Shown piece by piece: positions 18,701-27,997 of a stretch of 64,000 nt of DNA (positions are counted from its first letter, which is position 1; every line of letters begins with the position of its first letter). This stretch comes from a bacterium (GTDB lineage Bacteria; UBA8248): the NCBI GenBank assembly GCA_965207065.1, contig OZ242260.1:576001-640000 (forward strand), in the 5' to 3' direction. The translations under genes were made by a program, and so were the position numbers. A model generated the notes under the pieces. That model was not told the DNA's origin. It saw only the letters and a list, made by a program, of their open reading frames with translations, and ran no database searches.

Positions 18701-19004
18701 AGATGGTCTCAGCGGATTGGAGTATCGCTTCACGACGAATATAGTTCCGGCTTGTTTCGACGGCGCTGCGTTCGGTCAAATCCACCTTCCGTCCGCCGAA
18801 GAGGTCCGACAACTCCCGCTCCATACCGGCCACGCCCAGCAGCCCCGGCGTGCGGCCCGGCTCGAACTCGACCAGCACGTCGACGTCGCTCTCGGGTCCG
18901 AAGTCCTCGCGCAGGGCCGAGCCGAAGATGGCGAACTGCTTCACGCCATGCTCGCGGCAAAAGGTGGCGAGCCTATCTTTGGGGATGGAAACATGCGAGT
19001 TCAT
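18690..19004 (-). CDS. MntA-type minimal nucleotidyltransferase antitoxin
   Basis: IFGSALREDFGPESDVDVLVEF, GRKVDL; overlaps the HEPN gene. Confidence 0.92.
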   Translation of the reverse strand: MNSHVSIPKDRLATFCREHGVKQFAIFGSALREDFGPESDVDVLVEFEPGRTPGLLGVAGMERELSDLFGGRKVDLTERSAVETSRNYIRREAILQSAETIYAA

Positions 19005-19206
19005 TCTCTCGTCCTCATTGCAATGCGCTCTCCTCTAACGATGATAAGGCAAACCGGCCAGGCGAAACAATCGAAAGCAAACGAATCTGCGGAAGCCAAG
19101 CCACGCTCTCAAAATCATCCTCGCATTGACAGACTCGCTAGAATCTTTTTATTTTCAGCACACTTGATTCATCCCGAAAGGCGAAACCAACAGAGGACTT
19201 CAAATC

Positions 19207-19689
19207 ATGTTAAAAGCCGTCACCCTGAATTTCGCGATTTTCGTATCCGTACTACTCCTCGCTGCGCCCGCACTCGCCGACAAGCACGCGCAAAAGCGCG
19301 GCACCCCCGCCCAGGCGCAGGCCATTGTGGCGAAAGCTGTCGCCCTGTTCGACAAGGTAGGCATGAAGGCGGCCTTCGATCGCTTCACCAACCGCCCCGC
19401 GCCTGAATTCAAGCATCTGGACCTCTACATTTTCGTGCTCAAGGCGGCGGAGGGAGCACGCATCGTCGCGCACGCCCAGACCCGTTCGCTCATCGGCACG
19501 AACGCCTCGACGCTCATCGACCCGGGCGGCCTCAACATCGGCAACGCCGCTCTGGCCAAGGCCACGGCTAAAGGAGCATGGGTGGATTACGGATGGAAAG
19601 ACCCAATTACGGGCAAAGTCGTGCCCAAGTCCTCATGGGCCGTCCTTCATAAGGGCTACATATTCGGCTGCGGCGTCCACAAACCGTGA
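19207..19689 (+). CDS. Secreted standalone Cache-domain protein
   Basis: Signal peptide (ALA|D), GTPAQAQAIV, DLYIFV, GAWVDYGWKDPITGKVVPKSS, FGCGV. Confidence 0.85.
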   Translation: MLKAVTLNFAIFVSVLLLAAPALADKHAQKRGTPAQAQAIVAKAVALFDKVGMKAAFDRFTNRPAPEFKHLDLYIFVLKAAEGARIVAHAQTRSLIGTNASTLIDPGGLNIGNAALAKATAKGAWVDYGWKDPITGKVVPKSSWAVLHKGYIFGCGVHKP

Positions 19690-19730
19690 GCCAAGCCGAC
19701 TGATAAAAAGAGAAATTTTCGAGAAGGATT

Positions 19731-19837
19731 GCAGGGACAACCCTTTCGGGTTGTCCTGACCCTGTGGTTGTCCTCCCTGATTATCCTCAATCAGGACAGG
19801 CACGGGGGCCAGGACAGGCACGGGAGCCTGTCCCTAC
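19731..19837. repeat. GTAG-type REP cluster
   Basis: GCAGGGACAACCC-TTTC-GGGTTGTCC...AGGACAGGCACGGG twice...GCCTGTCCCTAC, between convergent genes. Confidence 0.65.
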
Positions 19838-20015
19838 GTGACTGCAGAAGAAGAATTCGCCGGAATCAAATATGGGTCGTTCGCGAACGTGGGCCGTTCA
19901 CAAGAACGGCCCACTACAGACCAAACCCGACCTAGGCGGGAAATCGGCTTCCAGGCTGCGCGATTTAAGCCTCTCCCCGGGTTCTACTGCGAACTCCCGG
20001 CCGACGCTTTGCGCA

Positions 20016-21398
20016 TCAGAACTGCCGCACGAAGCGGAGCTCGGCGCGGGTGCGCTTGTAGTCGTAGAGCTGGGCGTTGGACTCGCGCTCTTCGTTCACC
20101 ACAATGAGCTGGGGGCTGAAGCCGAAAGTCGTGAAAGCACGGTTGAAAATGGATACGCTGAAAATGCGGACATCGTCCTCACGAGATGAATTGTCGGGGA
20201 CGAAGGGAAACCACTCGCCCGAGTAATCCGTTGAGCGAAGTTCCGCGTTCCCCCCTACGGTGAAGCCGTAGGGCAGGGCAATGGAGGCGCCCAGGCGTCC
20301 CCACCGGCTGCGGTTGCGCCAGGTGTACGTTTCGGGATTCTCGGCTGCGTAACCGAGCCCGCCGCGTACCTGGAGCGTCGGCGTAAGCACCCACGAGGCC
20401 ACCAGCGCGAGATCCAGCTGTGAACCGTCGAAATGCTTGTCGCGCTCGTAGTCGCGCTCGTGTATGGAGGCGCGCCCGCTCAGGCGGATGCGTGGCGTAA
20501 GGCGGTGTTCGAGTTCGAGTCGCGTGCCAATCTCGTGGCTGTGGACGAGGCCGCCGCTCCGGCGCTGGCGCGCGCTGGCGAGCAGGCTCATCTCGGTTCT
20601 GGGCGTGATCCACCAGCGCGGTCCGGCATGGAGGGAGACCGTCATCTGATCGAAGAGGCTCTCTTCGTATTCCCTGCGAGAGATATCCGCGCCCAGGCGC
20701 AGACGCAAACGCTTGCTCATGGGATGCTGGTATTCTGCACCGCCCCAGAAGACGAAGCCGAGTCCCGAGCTTGAACCCTGGAAATTATTCCGGCGAAAGG
20801 GCAGATCGTAGATGTAGATGATTTCCGAATCCGACACAGCGCCGATATTCGTGTCCGGCGCGATGGAAAAACCGAAATGCGCGCTCCAGCGTCTGCGCGC
20901 GCGCATGATTCGCAGGAAGCGGTTAATGTTGGCGACCATCGCCTTGGGGGGCTTTCCGGCGAGGACGCGCTCGAAGTGCCCGCGAGAAAGGTCGTCCTCA
21001 CTCTTATAGAAGAACGCCCGAGCGAGTTCGAGCCGCACGCGCACCAGGGCGGGCTTCTCGATGAGGATGGTCCGGAGAATGACGATAGCATCATCGAGAA
21101 GGGCGATCTTCTCCTTCTCCCTGTCCGGGGGCAGGCGCCTGGAAGCCTCGATAGACGAAAGCCCCGTGAGGAAAAGCACGTCCGTCCTGTCGGCGCGGCC
21201 CTTCGACTCCCTTGCGATGGGGCGCAGAAGTTTAAGCGCCTCGAAGTAGCGGCGTTGTTTGATAAGTCCGCGCGCGGCCTGGACTTTCGGGTCCTTGGAG
21301 AGATGAGACTGCGAGGGCGCGGCAATGGCGTCCCCCGCCGTGAAATGCGAGAGCGCGGCGAGTGTGATGCAGATGATGAACAAGATGGATTTTTTCAT
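20016..21398 (-). CDS. Slam-family surface lipoprotein translocon (TPR + DUF560 beta-barrel; type XI secretion)
   Basis: Signal peptide, TPR segment RVRLELARAFF, DTNI barrel start, C-terminal SNAQLYDYKR...FVRQF; next to a TbpB-like lipoprotein. Confidence 0.85.
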   Translation of the reverse strand: MKKSILFIICITLAALSHFTAGDAIAAPSQSHLSKDPKVQAARGLIKQRRYFEALKLLRPIARESKGRADRTDVLFLTGLSSIEASRRLPPDREKEKIALLDDAIVILRTILIEKPALVRVRLELARAFFYKSEDDLSRGHFERVLAGKPPKAMVANINRFLRIMRARRRWSAHFGFSIAPDTNIGAVSDSEIIYIYDLPFRRNNFQGSSSGLGFVFWGGAEYQHPMSKRLRLRLGADISRREYEESLFDQMTVSLHAGPRWWITPRTEMSLLASARQRRSGGLVHSHEIGTRLELEHRLTPRIRLSGRASIHERDYERDKHFDGSQLDLALVASWVLTPTLQVRGGLGYAAENPETYTWRNRSRWGRLGASIALPYGFTVGGNAELRSTDYSGEWFPFVPDNSSREDDVRIFSVSIFNRAFTTFGFSPQLIVVNEERESNAQLYDYKRTRAELRFVRQF

Positions 21399-21725
21399 GA
21401 TTTGCGGCGTGAGACGAGCGCGTCCGCTCCTCGTCCGTTTTCTCCTTTAGCGGCGAATTTCGCATTTGCGCCGCCCGGGCGAGGAGGAGCCCCATCCGAA
21501 CGGACGATGCCGAAGTCTGCTACATCGGCCCCCTAAAATCAACTCCCCCGCCCCTCGCCCTGAATAAAAACCCCTTTCTGCCCCTTGTCAGGGGGGGGTA
21601 ATTGGCCATGCCCCCTGCAAGGGAGTGGAAACAAAAAAAATCCTTCATAAGAGGGGTTCGCGTCCGAAATCAGCTTCCACACTCGCCTCTCTCGCTCCGG
21701 AGGTTCAGGGGTTCGGAGCAGAGCG

Positions 21726-21755
21726 AAAAAAGAGGGCGGCCAAACGGCCGCCCTC
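21726..21755 (-). terminator. Intrinsic terminator after the lipoprotein gene
   Basis: Minus strand GAGGGCGGCC-GTTT-GGCCGCCCTC followed by T6. Confidence 0.8.
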
Positions 21756-21822
21756 CCTCGTCTGCGTATGCTCCGCCCCCGAAGGCGGGGGCGTGTACCA
21801 ACTCACTTGCGCTATGCCGGCG

Positions 21823-23430
21823 CTACTCCATCATCTTCCGCGCGCCGAACGCACCGGCCACGAAGCCGTCCGTGAACCCGGCGTTGAACTCGCCGACCAC
21901 GGAACCGGGCTGGGGAACGGCGTTGTCAACAGCCGCCACGCTCCCGTGGAAGGTGGCGCTGAACGAGCCGTCACCATCTCCACCCTTGGCCGTACCGGAC
22001 GCGGTTCCAGCACCGCTATCAATAGGTCCCTGCACAGCCACGCTCCACATGTTCGCCTCACCGCCGGACAAGGTGAAGTTGTCGATGGTGCCGCTTAGGG
22101 TGTTCAGCAAGTTCTCCGCGATCGTGCCCCTCGTGTCGGTCGAGGAAACCGGCACCTGTCCGAAGGTCGCCATCAGGCTGACGTCCGCCGAGAAGTGGCC
22201 GGAGGTGGCCATATCAAGCGTGCGGTCGGGGTTGTACACGTTTTTCACGTACACGCCGGTCGCGCCGCCGGTGTATGTCGCTTGTCCCAGAACACTGGTA
22301 GTGGCGCCGCTCGCGGCAACCGAGGATCCCGCGAAGGTCTCGACCTCGTTGTAGGTGACCACGCCGTCAGCGGCCGTCGTCTTCTTCAGCCAGAAGCCGT
22401 AGTTCAGGAAGTCGGAACTCGGCACGTCGGACATAGCGCCCGGGTCGGGAGTGAATATCCAGTTATCGCTCATGGCGGTAATATTGCCCATCTCGCCGAT
22501 CGCGACCGTACAGGCGGAGCCGCTAACGCCAACGCACGTGTACCTACCCATCGCGCCGTTGAAGGTGCCAGGGGTCGTGTAAGCCTCGTCAGGGTCATAC
22601 GTGGTTTCAGCTGCGCCATCGAACGACAAGTTAGTCGAACTACCGCTGCCGACAAACGCAGGCGACATGACCCGGTCGAGAATAACTTTATCGGCTGAAG
22701 TAGTAGCATCCAAGGCGTTGACGCTGAGATCGAGACTATCCGCAGGATTGTCGTCAGTTGCAGCTCCGCCAAGCATCCTGCTGGCGTTCAGCGCCTGCCC
22801 GTCTACCTTCGCGAACGGCGTCGGCACGGGCGGGTCGATGTCCGTGGTGACGACCACGACTTCTTCCTCCACGTTGCCGTCATCATCCGGCGCCATCGCG
22901 CGCACGTGCATGGTGGTTCCGCCGCCCAGGTCCATGGCCTGCGTGAATTGTGGTTTCGGCGGGTCGGCGCCGGCTGGATTCGCAGTGTCGGTTATCGTGA
23001 CTTTCGCGCTCGTGCCGTCGTGGCTGATAGCCATCGAATAAGTACCAACCACGCCATTCACATTGCCGTCGGCATCAAACGTAGAGCCGCCGAGGCCGCC
23101 GTCGTTCGTCCCCGTCTCACCGGCTTCTGCCGCAATGGCCATTGCTTTCGTACCGGCCGCTTTCGTCGCCGCGGCTACCATCGCCATGCGTTCCGCCTCG
23201 AGATCTGCGGCCGACGTGCACGTCATGTCCGCATTCCACCGACCGCCCGCCGACTCGCACTCCTCCTGCGGGGTAGGCGGCGTCACCGGGGGGTCCGTCG
23301 GCGTCGTAGCCGTGCTGCCGCCACCGCCGCAGCCCACCAGCGTCACCGCGAGCAGGAGCGCCATTCCGAATACATACAACTTGTTGATGGGTGTTTTTAC
23401 GCAGAAAAACATTGAGTGAGTCCTCCTCAT
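21823..23430 (-). CDS. Surface lipoprotein with transferrin-binding-protein-like C-terminal barrel (Slam substrate)
   Basis: Lipobox LVGC-GGGGS, Pro/Thr linker, YGFWL, ATYTGGATGVY, GEFNA...VAGAFGAR C-terminus. Confidence 0.82.
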   Translation of the reverse strand: MRRTHSMFFCVKTPINKLYVFGMALLLAVTLVGCGGGGSTATTPTDPPVTPPTPQEECESAGGRWNADMTCTSAADLEAERMAMVAAATKAAGTKAMAIAAEAGETGTNDGGLGGSTFDADGNVNGVVGTYSMAISHDGTSAKVTITDTANPAGADPPKPQFTQAMDLGGGTTMHVRAMAPDDDGNVEEEVVVVTTDIDPPVPTPFAKVDGQALNASRMLGGAATDDNPADSLDLSVNALDATTSADKVILDRVMSPAFVGSGSSTNLSFDGAAETTYDPDEAYTTPGTFNGAMGRYTCVGVSGSACTVAIGEMGNITAMSDNWIFTPDPGAMSDVPSSDFLNYGFWLKKTTAADGVVTYNEVETFAGSSVAASGATTSVLGQATYTGGATGVYVKNVYNPDRTLDMATSGHFSADVSLMATFGQVPVSSTDTRGTIAENLLNTLSGTIDNFTLSGGEANMWSVAVQGPIDSGAGTASGTAKGGDGDGSFSATFHGSVAAVDNAVPQPGSVVGEFNAGFTDGFVAGAFGARKMME

Positions 23431-23576
23431 CGTCGTGATAAGGCCTCCATGAGAAGGCCCCCGTATGAGGCCTCCTGAAAGAAGGCCTCCCGTGTGAAAC
23501 TATAGAATCAAATTGCCATCCTTCTGATCATACAGTCAGAATCCACCTTGGTCCCAATAGCCATACAAACAGAAAA

Positions 23577-23696
23577 GCCATCCGAAAACATACAATTTTT
23601 TGGTGGGTGTTTTGGTGCAGAACAAAATTCGGCGCAGAACAGCATTCCGTGAGTCCTCCTTATCGTCGTGACAAGGCCTCCATGAGAAGGCCTCCC
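23577..23696 (-). pseudogene. Degenerate duplicate of the lipoprotein 5' leader and signal-peptide codons
   Basis: Matches 23360-23458 (GTGAGTCCTCCT..ATCGTCGTGA.AAGGCCTCCATGAGAAGGCC); start ATG changed to ATA and a frameshifting insertion. Confidence 0.75.
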
Positions 23697-24138
23697 TTGA
23701 TGCTAGACAATCAACTTAACATCATTTTGACCATAGAGTCAAAGCCTTTATCATTCCCTTGGTCATGGAGCAGCAACTGCATAATAAAACTGAATCTTTC
23801 ACTGCCTACTACAACCTTTCCCGAATTTTACCTCCTTTCTCCTGTGTTCCCGACTTCCCGGTGTTCTCCGACTCTCAAGATCATGGTGCGTGAAATCTCT
23901 CGCGCATGCGTTTCACGCGGAAGTTCCTGCCACAATATAAAATCATGAAATCCACTCTGATTTATCATATTCGCTTCCCGCCTTCAAGCCTTTTCTCGGC
24001 TGCGCCGTGCGGGGGGTTCGTCTCCTCCGCGCGCGTCTTTTACTCCGTGATCGCCTCGCGCGTTAATGATATAGTTTCCTGTACGCGATACATACCGGTG
24101 GTCATGCGAAGACCCATGCGGCGCGAACGGAGAACCCG

Positions 24139-24918
24139 ATGGACAATTCCGAATATGAGAAGAAACTGAATCAATACCTGCGACTCGCCTCGTTTCCCGT
24201 GGCGGTGAAGTTCCTCGAGTCCTGGGAAGAAGTTCCGCCCCGCACGAAGCGGCCCAAAGAGCACCTGGGAAATCAGTTCACCACCTGTCAGGCGGTCTCC
24301 ATGGCGCGGCGCTACGGATGGGCGCTCGCGCTCGGCCGCGAGGACAGCAGCTGCGTGCTGGGCGCGATGGCGCTCGGCCTCGAGAAGCGACTGCCGCACT
24401 ACACCGAGGGCAACCTGTGCATCGACCTGTATACGGAGAACATCGATGCCGGCCGACTGAGCGAAGAAAGCGTGCCGCGGCTTCCCGAGGGAAAATACGT
24501 GGGCGTGCTCGTGGCGCCGCTCCACCGCGCGGCGTTCGTACCCGATTCGATCGTCATCTACGGGAACGGGGCGCAGATCATGCGGCTGGGACAGGCGTGG
24601 CTCTGGAAGCGGGGCGGTACGCTCGACAGCGCTTTTCGCGGCAGAATCGACTGCGCGGACCTGGCCATCGCGCCGCACACGACGGGAGAACCCCAGATGG
24701 TCGTGCCCTGCACGGGAGATCGAATCTTCGGGCAGGTGCAGGATCACGAGGTGGCGTTTTCGTTTCCCTTCTCGGCGATCGGAGAGATCATCGAGGGCCT
24801 CGAGGCCACGCACAAGGCGGGGGCGGCGCGCTATCCCGTGACGAACTGGCTCAACTATTCGGGCGGCTTTCCGCCTTCCTATGAGAAGTATAAAGACATG
24901 CTGGAGGAAGAGGTTTAA
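24139..24918 (+). CDS. DUF169 (COG2043) family protein
   Basis: PVAVKF, TTCQAVSMAR, SSCVLG, PDSIVIYGN, DCAD, PCTGDR, EVAFSFP. Confidence 0.85.
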   Translation: MDNSEYEKKLNQYLRLASFPVAVKFLESWEEVPPRTKRPKEHLGNQFTTCQAVSMARRYGWALALGREDSSCVLGAMALGLEKRLPHYTEGNLCIDLYTENIDAGRLSEESVPRLPEGKYVGVLVAPLHRAAFVPDSIVIYGNGAQIMRLGQAWLWKRGGTLDSAFRGRIDCADLAIAPHTTGEPQMVVPCTGDRIFGQVQDHEVAFSFPFSAIGEIIEGLEATHKAGAARYPVTNWLNYSGGFPPSYEKYKDMLEEEV

Positions 24919-24991
24919 GGCCTCGCAAACGCTTCCTTATCCAGTCGGGTTCGGCACACGAGGCGGGGGCGGCGTCGAACCCTCCCTCTTC

Positions 24992-25221
24992 GGGTCTGTT
25001 GAAAAAGTCCTTGAGTGGGTAAAGACAACCCCCTTGAGAGGGAAACCCCATAAAAGCAACCCCCCCTACCCCCCCTTGTCAGGGGGGTATAAAAGGCGAT
25101 GCATTCCCGCCGGGCAGAGGGAACTTTGCTTTTTCTTGCCCCCCTGACAAGGGGGGATAGGGGGGGTTGGTCCTGCGGGATCATACCGACCACTCCCAGG
25201 GCCGGCTTTTTCAACAATCCC
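24992..25221. mobile_element. 230-bp MITE with IS5/IS1182-like ends and an internal REP doublet
   Basis: TIRs GGGTCTGTTGAAAAAGTC / GGGATTGTTGAAAAAGCC (15/18 match); 5-bp TCTTC direct repeat at 24987-24991 and 25222-25226; inverted CCCCCCTTGTCAGGGGGG arms inside. Confidence 0.78.
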
Positions 25222-25433
25222 TCTTCGGTCGGCTTCGACCCGTGACGAACTGGCTCAACTATTCAACAGCCCTGACAAAGGGGGATGTGGGTTCGCGACC
25301 GAAGCCGGCTCCTTTCGTCCCGAACGACTCCGGCTCCGATTCCACATGCGCGGGAATAATGGTAATATCGGGCGGCGAGATCAAATACCACGAATCCAGA
25401 CAAACGACCATTCCCGGAGGAGGAAAAGCGGGA

Positions 25434-26312
25434 ATGATTCTTCGTATCAAGGCGCGCCGGGCGGCGCTTGCGCTCGCGCTCGCCACAGGCATTATTCCGG
25501 CATACTCGGACGCGGCGTCCGTTTCGTGCGAGCACTGGAACACGCTCGTTTTCTTCATCCGCGCCGACGCGGCGGACGTCGCCCGTTGCCTCAAGACGAA
25601 AGACGCGAACGCGCGCGACGCAGCCGGACTTACCCCAATACACCGCGCGGCGGGGTTCGGAAAGACGCCCGCCCTGGTGAAAACCCTGGCGGAAGCGGGC
25701 GCTCAGCCGAACGCACGCGATGCGAACAGGATGACGCCGCTGCACCTGGCGGTGAACTTCAACAAGAAGCCCGAGATCGTAGCCGCGCTCATCGCCGCCG
25801 GGGCTCAAACCGAGACGAGAGAGCAACGCGGGTGGACGCCGCTCCATCTCGCGGCGGCCTTCGGTAAAACGCCCGCCGTCGTGCGCGCGCTCGCAAAGGG
25901 GGGCGCCAAAGTGAACGCGCAGACGGGGGTCGGACGCACGCCGCTCCATCTGGCCGCGCAGGGAGAATCGTCCGCCACATTGACCGCTCTCGTGAAAGTG
26001 GGAGGGCAGGTGAACGCGCTGGACAACTACGGACGCACGCCGCTTCATCTGGCCGCGCAGGGCGATTCTCCAGATGTCGTACGAGCGCTCGTGAAGGGGG
26101 CGGCGAGTGTGAACGCACGCGATACGCGCGGGGGGTGGACGCCGCTCCACCTCGCGGCATGGTTCGGCAAGAGCCCCGCAGTCGTCCGCGCGCTCATACG
26201 GGCGGGCGCCGATACAAGCCTGAAGGATAAATCGGGCCGTACGCCGCTTGATTACGCGAGACGGAACGAGGCGCTCAAGAAGAGCGTCTCCCTCTTCAAA
26301 CGGAAGAAGTAA
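25434..26312 (+). CDS. Secreted ankyrin-repeat protein
   Basis: Signal peptide, CEHWNT...ADVARCL cap, six G-x-TPLHLAA-type repeats plus a terminal TPLDYA. Confidence 0.93.
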   Translation: MILRIKARRAALALALATGIIPAYSDAASVSCEHWNTLVFFIRADAADVARCLKTKDANARDAAGLTPIHRAAGFGKTPALVKTLAEAGAQPNARDANRMTPLHLAVNFNKKPEIVAALIAAGAQTETREQRGWTPLHLAAAFGKTPAVVRALAKGGAKVNAQTGVGRTPLHLAAQGESSATLTALVKVGGQVNALDNYGRTPLHLAAQGDSPDVVRALVKGAASVNARDTRGGWTPLHLAAWFGKSPAVVRALIRAGADTSLKDKSGRTPLDYARRNEALKKSVSLFKRKK

Positions 26313-26638
26313 ACTCCCCTTGCCCCGGATGCGGCGGTCGAAGCGCTGGCCATTTGCGGCCTCGAACCGGCGCGGAGGCCTAGGACGGACCGCGACCAAG
26401 AGGCCGAATGTACAACTGAGCCGGACGCGTTCGACTCCCAATCTCCCTTGCCAGGGGGGCTTTTTCAACGCTCCCTCCCTGCTCGGTCGGGAGCGACCTC
26501 CCCGGTCGCGTCAGACACTCATTCCTCAATTGCGGGAATTCCTCCTTCTTCAGTCGGAATTCACCCCCCACTTCCCTCATCACGCAATCGCGTTTATCCT
26601 TTGACGCATCGTTCACCCGAAGCCATCGAGCGGGGGCC

Positions 26639-27997
26639 ATGTCGAGAAGAGTCGCCATCATCGGTGCGGGAGTCTCGGGACTGGGAGCGGCCTGGGCGCT
26701 GAACAGGCATCCCGACAGGTTCGATTTCAGGCTTTATGAAGCGCAGGCCCAAGTGGGCGGCAACGCCGTCACCGCCGACATGCCGCAGGACGACGGCACC
26801 TCGATCCCCTTCGATATCTCCGTCACCGCCTGTATCCCCTCGGTGTACCACCACATCCTCCTGCTGATGCGTCAGTACGGGATCGAACTGCTCGACACCC
26901 GGTTCAGTTACAGCGTGAAATACCGGGGCGGCGTCTACGCCCACGATTTCGACTCGGATATCAGAAGGGAATTGCAGCCCGAAATCGAAAAATTCCAGAA
27001 ACTCTTGAGACGCCTGAAATGGTTCGGCGGGCTCAGCCGCTCGCGCTCCAGGCTGCTGGCGGCCCTCAACCCGTTCAACTACGTGAGCATGGGCGCGGTC
27101 TTGAACCTGGGCAAATTTTCCGGCGATTTCAGGTACAAGATATTAAAGCCCATGTTCGTGAACTTCCTGATGGCGACGAACGTGTTCGACATGCCCGCCT
27201 CCCTGTTTTCCCGGTATCTGGAGTTCTTCGACATCGAATCCGCCACGCCGATGCAGACCTGGGAGCGCGGCACGCGGCGCATCTACGAGGAACTCTCGGC
27301 AGGCTTTCCCGAGAAGATATACCTGAACCGCCCGGTCCGGAAGGTGTATAGAGGTTCATCCGAAGTCGTCGTGGAGGATGAAGCGGGAAACGCGGAGACG
27401 TTCGATGATGTGGTCTTCGCGTGCAACGCGAACCAGACGCTGATGATGCTGGATGCGCCGACCCGCTTCGAGAGCTGGCTCCTCTCCTCGATTCGCTATG
27501 AGAGCGAACTGCACAACCACACGGTCGTGCATTCGGACGCCTCGGTGCTGCCCGAGAGCGACGTCCAGGCGCTCAAAACCCGCAGCAACCACATTGAACA
27601 GTACGGCGCGCGGCCCGACAACTACGAGATCACCTATATCATGCACAACCAGCAGCCCTGGGCGAAGCGATCGGACAAGCCGTGCCTGGTGACGTACAAC
27701 CCCGTCAGCCAAATTGATGAGGCGAAGATCGTCATGAAGTGGTGGTTCCAGCACATCGTGCACGACGTGCGCCACGTGGCCCTGCTCATGCCCATGTTCC
27801 GCTTCGTTCAGGGGAGGCGGCGGACCTGGCACTGCGGCGCCCACACGCTCATCAACAGCCAGGAGACCTGCTTCGTGACCGGCCTCGCCGCAGCGAGACA
27901 GATGGGAGCGGACTATCCGTTCCGCGATCCGGAAGCCAGGAAGTGGTTCAACTTCTACGGGCGCACGATGTACGGCAGGCGCTTCAAGAAGGCATGA
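26639..27997 (+). CDS. FAD-dependent oxidoreductase (COG2907/amine-oxidase-like, lipid-modifying)
   Basis: VAIIGAGVSGLGAAWAL, YEA..VGGNAVT, VFACNANQ, VVHSDASVLP, QGRRRTWHCGAH. Confidence 0.85.
   Translation: MSRRVAIIGAGVSGLGAAWALNRHPDRFDFRLYEAQAQVGGNAVTADMPQDDGTSIPFDISVTACIPSVYHHILLLMRQYGIELLDTRFSYSVKYRGGVYAHDFDSDIRRELQPEIEKFQKLLRRLKWFGGLSRSRSRLLAALNPFNYVSMGAVLNLGKFSGDFRYKILKPMFVNFLMATNVFDMPASLFSRYLEFFDIESATPMQTWERGTRRIYEELSAGFPEKIYLNRPVRKVYRGSSEVVVEDEAGNAETFDDVVFACNANQTLMMLDAPTRFESWLLSSIRYESELHNHTVVHSDASVLPESDVQALKTRSNHIEQYGARPDNYEITYIMHNQQPWAKRSDKPCLVTYNPVSQIDEAKIVMKWWFQHIVHDVRHVALLMPMFRFVQGRRRTWHCGAHTLINSQETCFVTGLAAARQMGADYPFRDPEARKWFNFYGRTMYGRRFKKA

Noticed and set aside
23930-23975. Fur box upstream of the TbpB-like lipoprotein
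   Set aside because: Only a weak AT-rich partial match, far from the start codon.
25167-25433. N-terminal extension of the ankyrin ORF containing PVTNWLNYS
   Set aside because: It derives from the MITE and the 26-bp duplication; the real start is probably 25434, after GGAGG and before the signal peptide.
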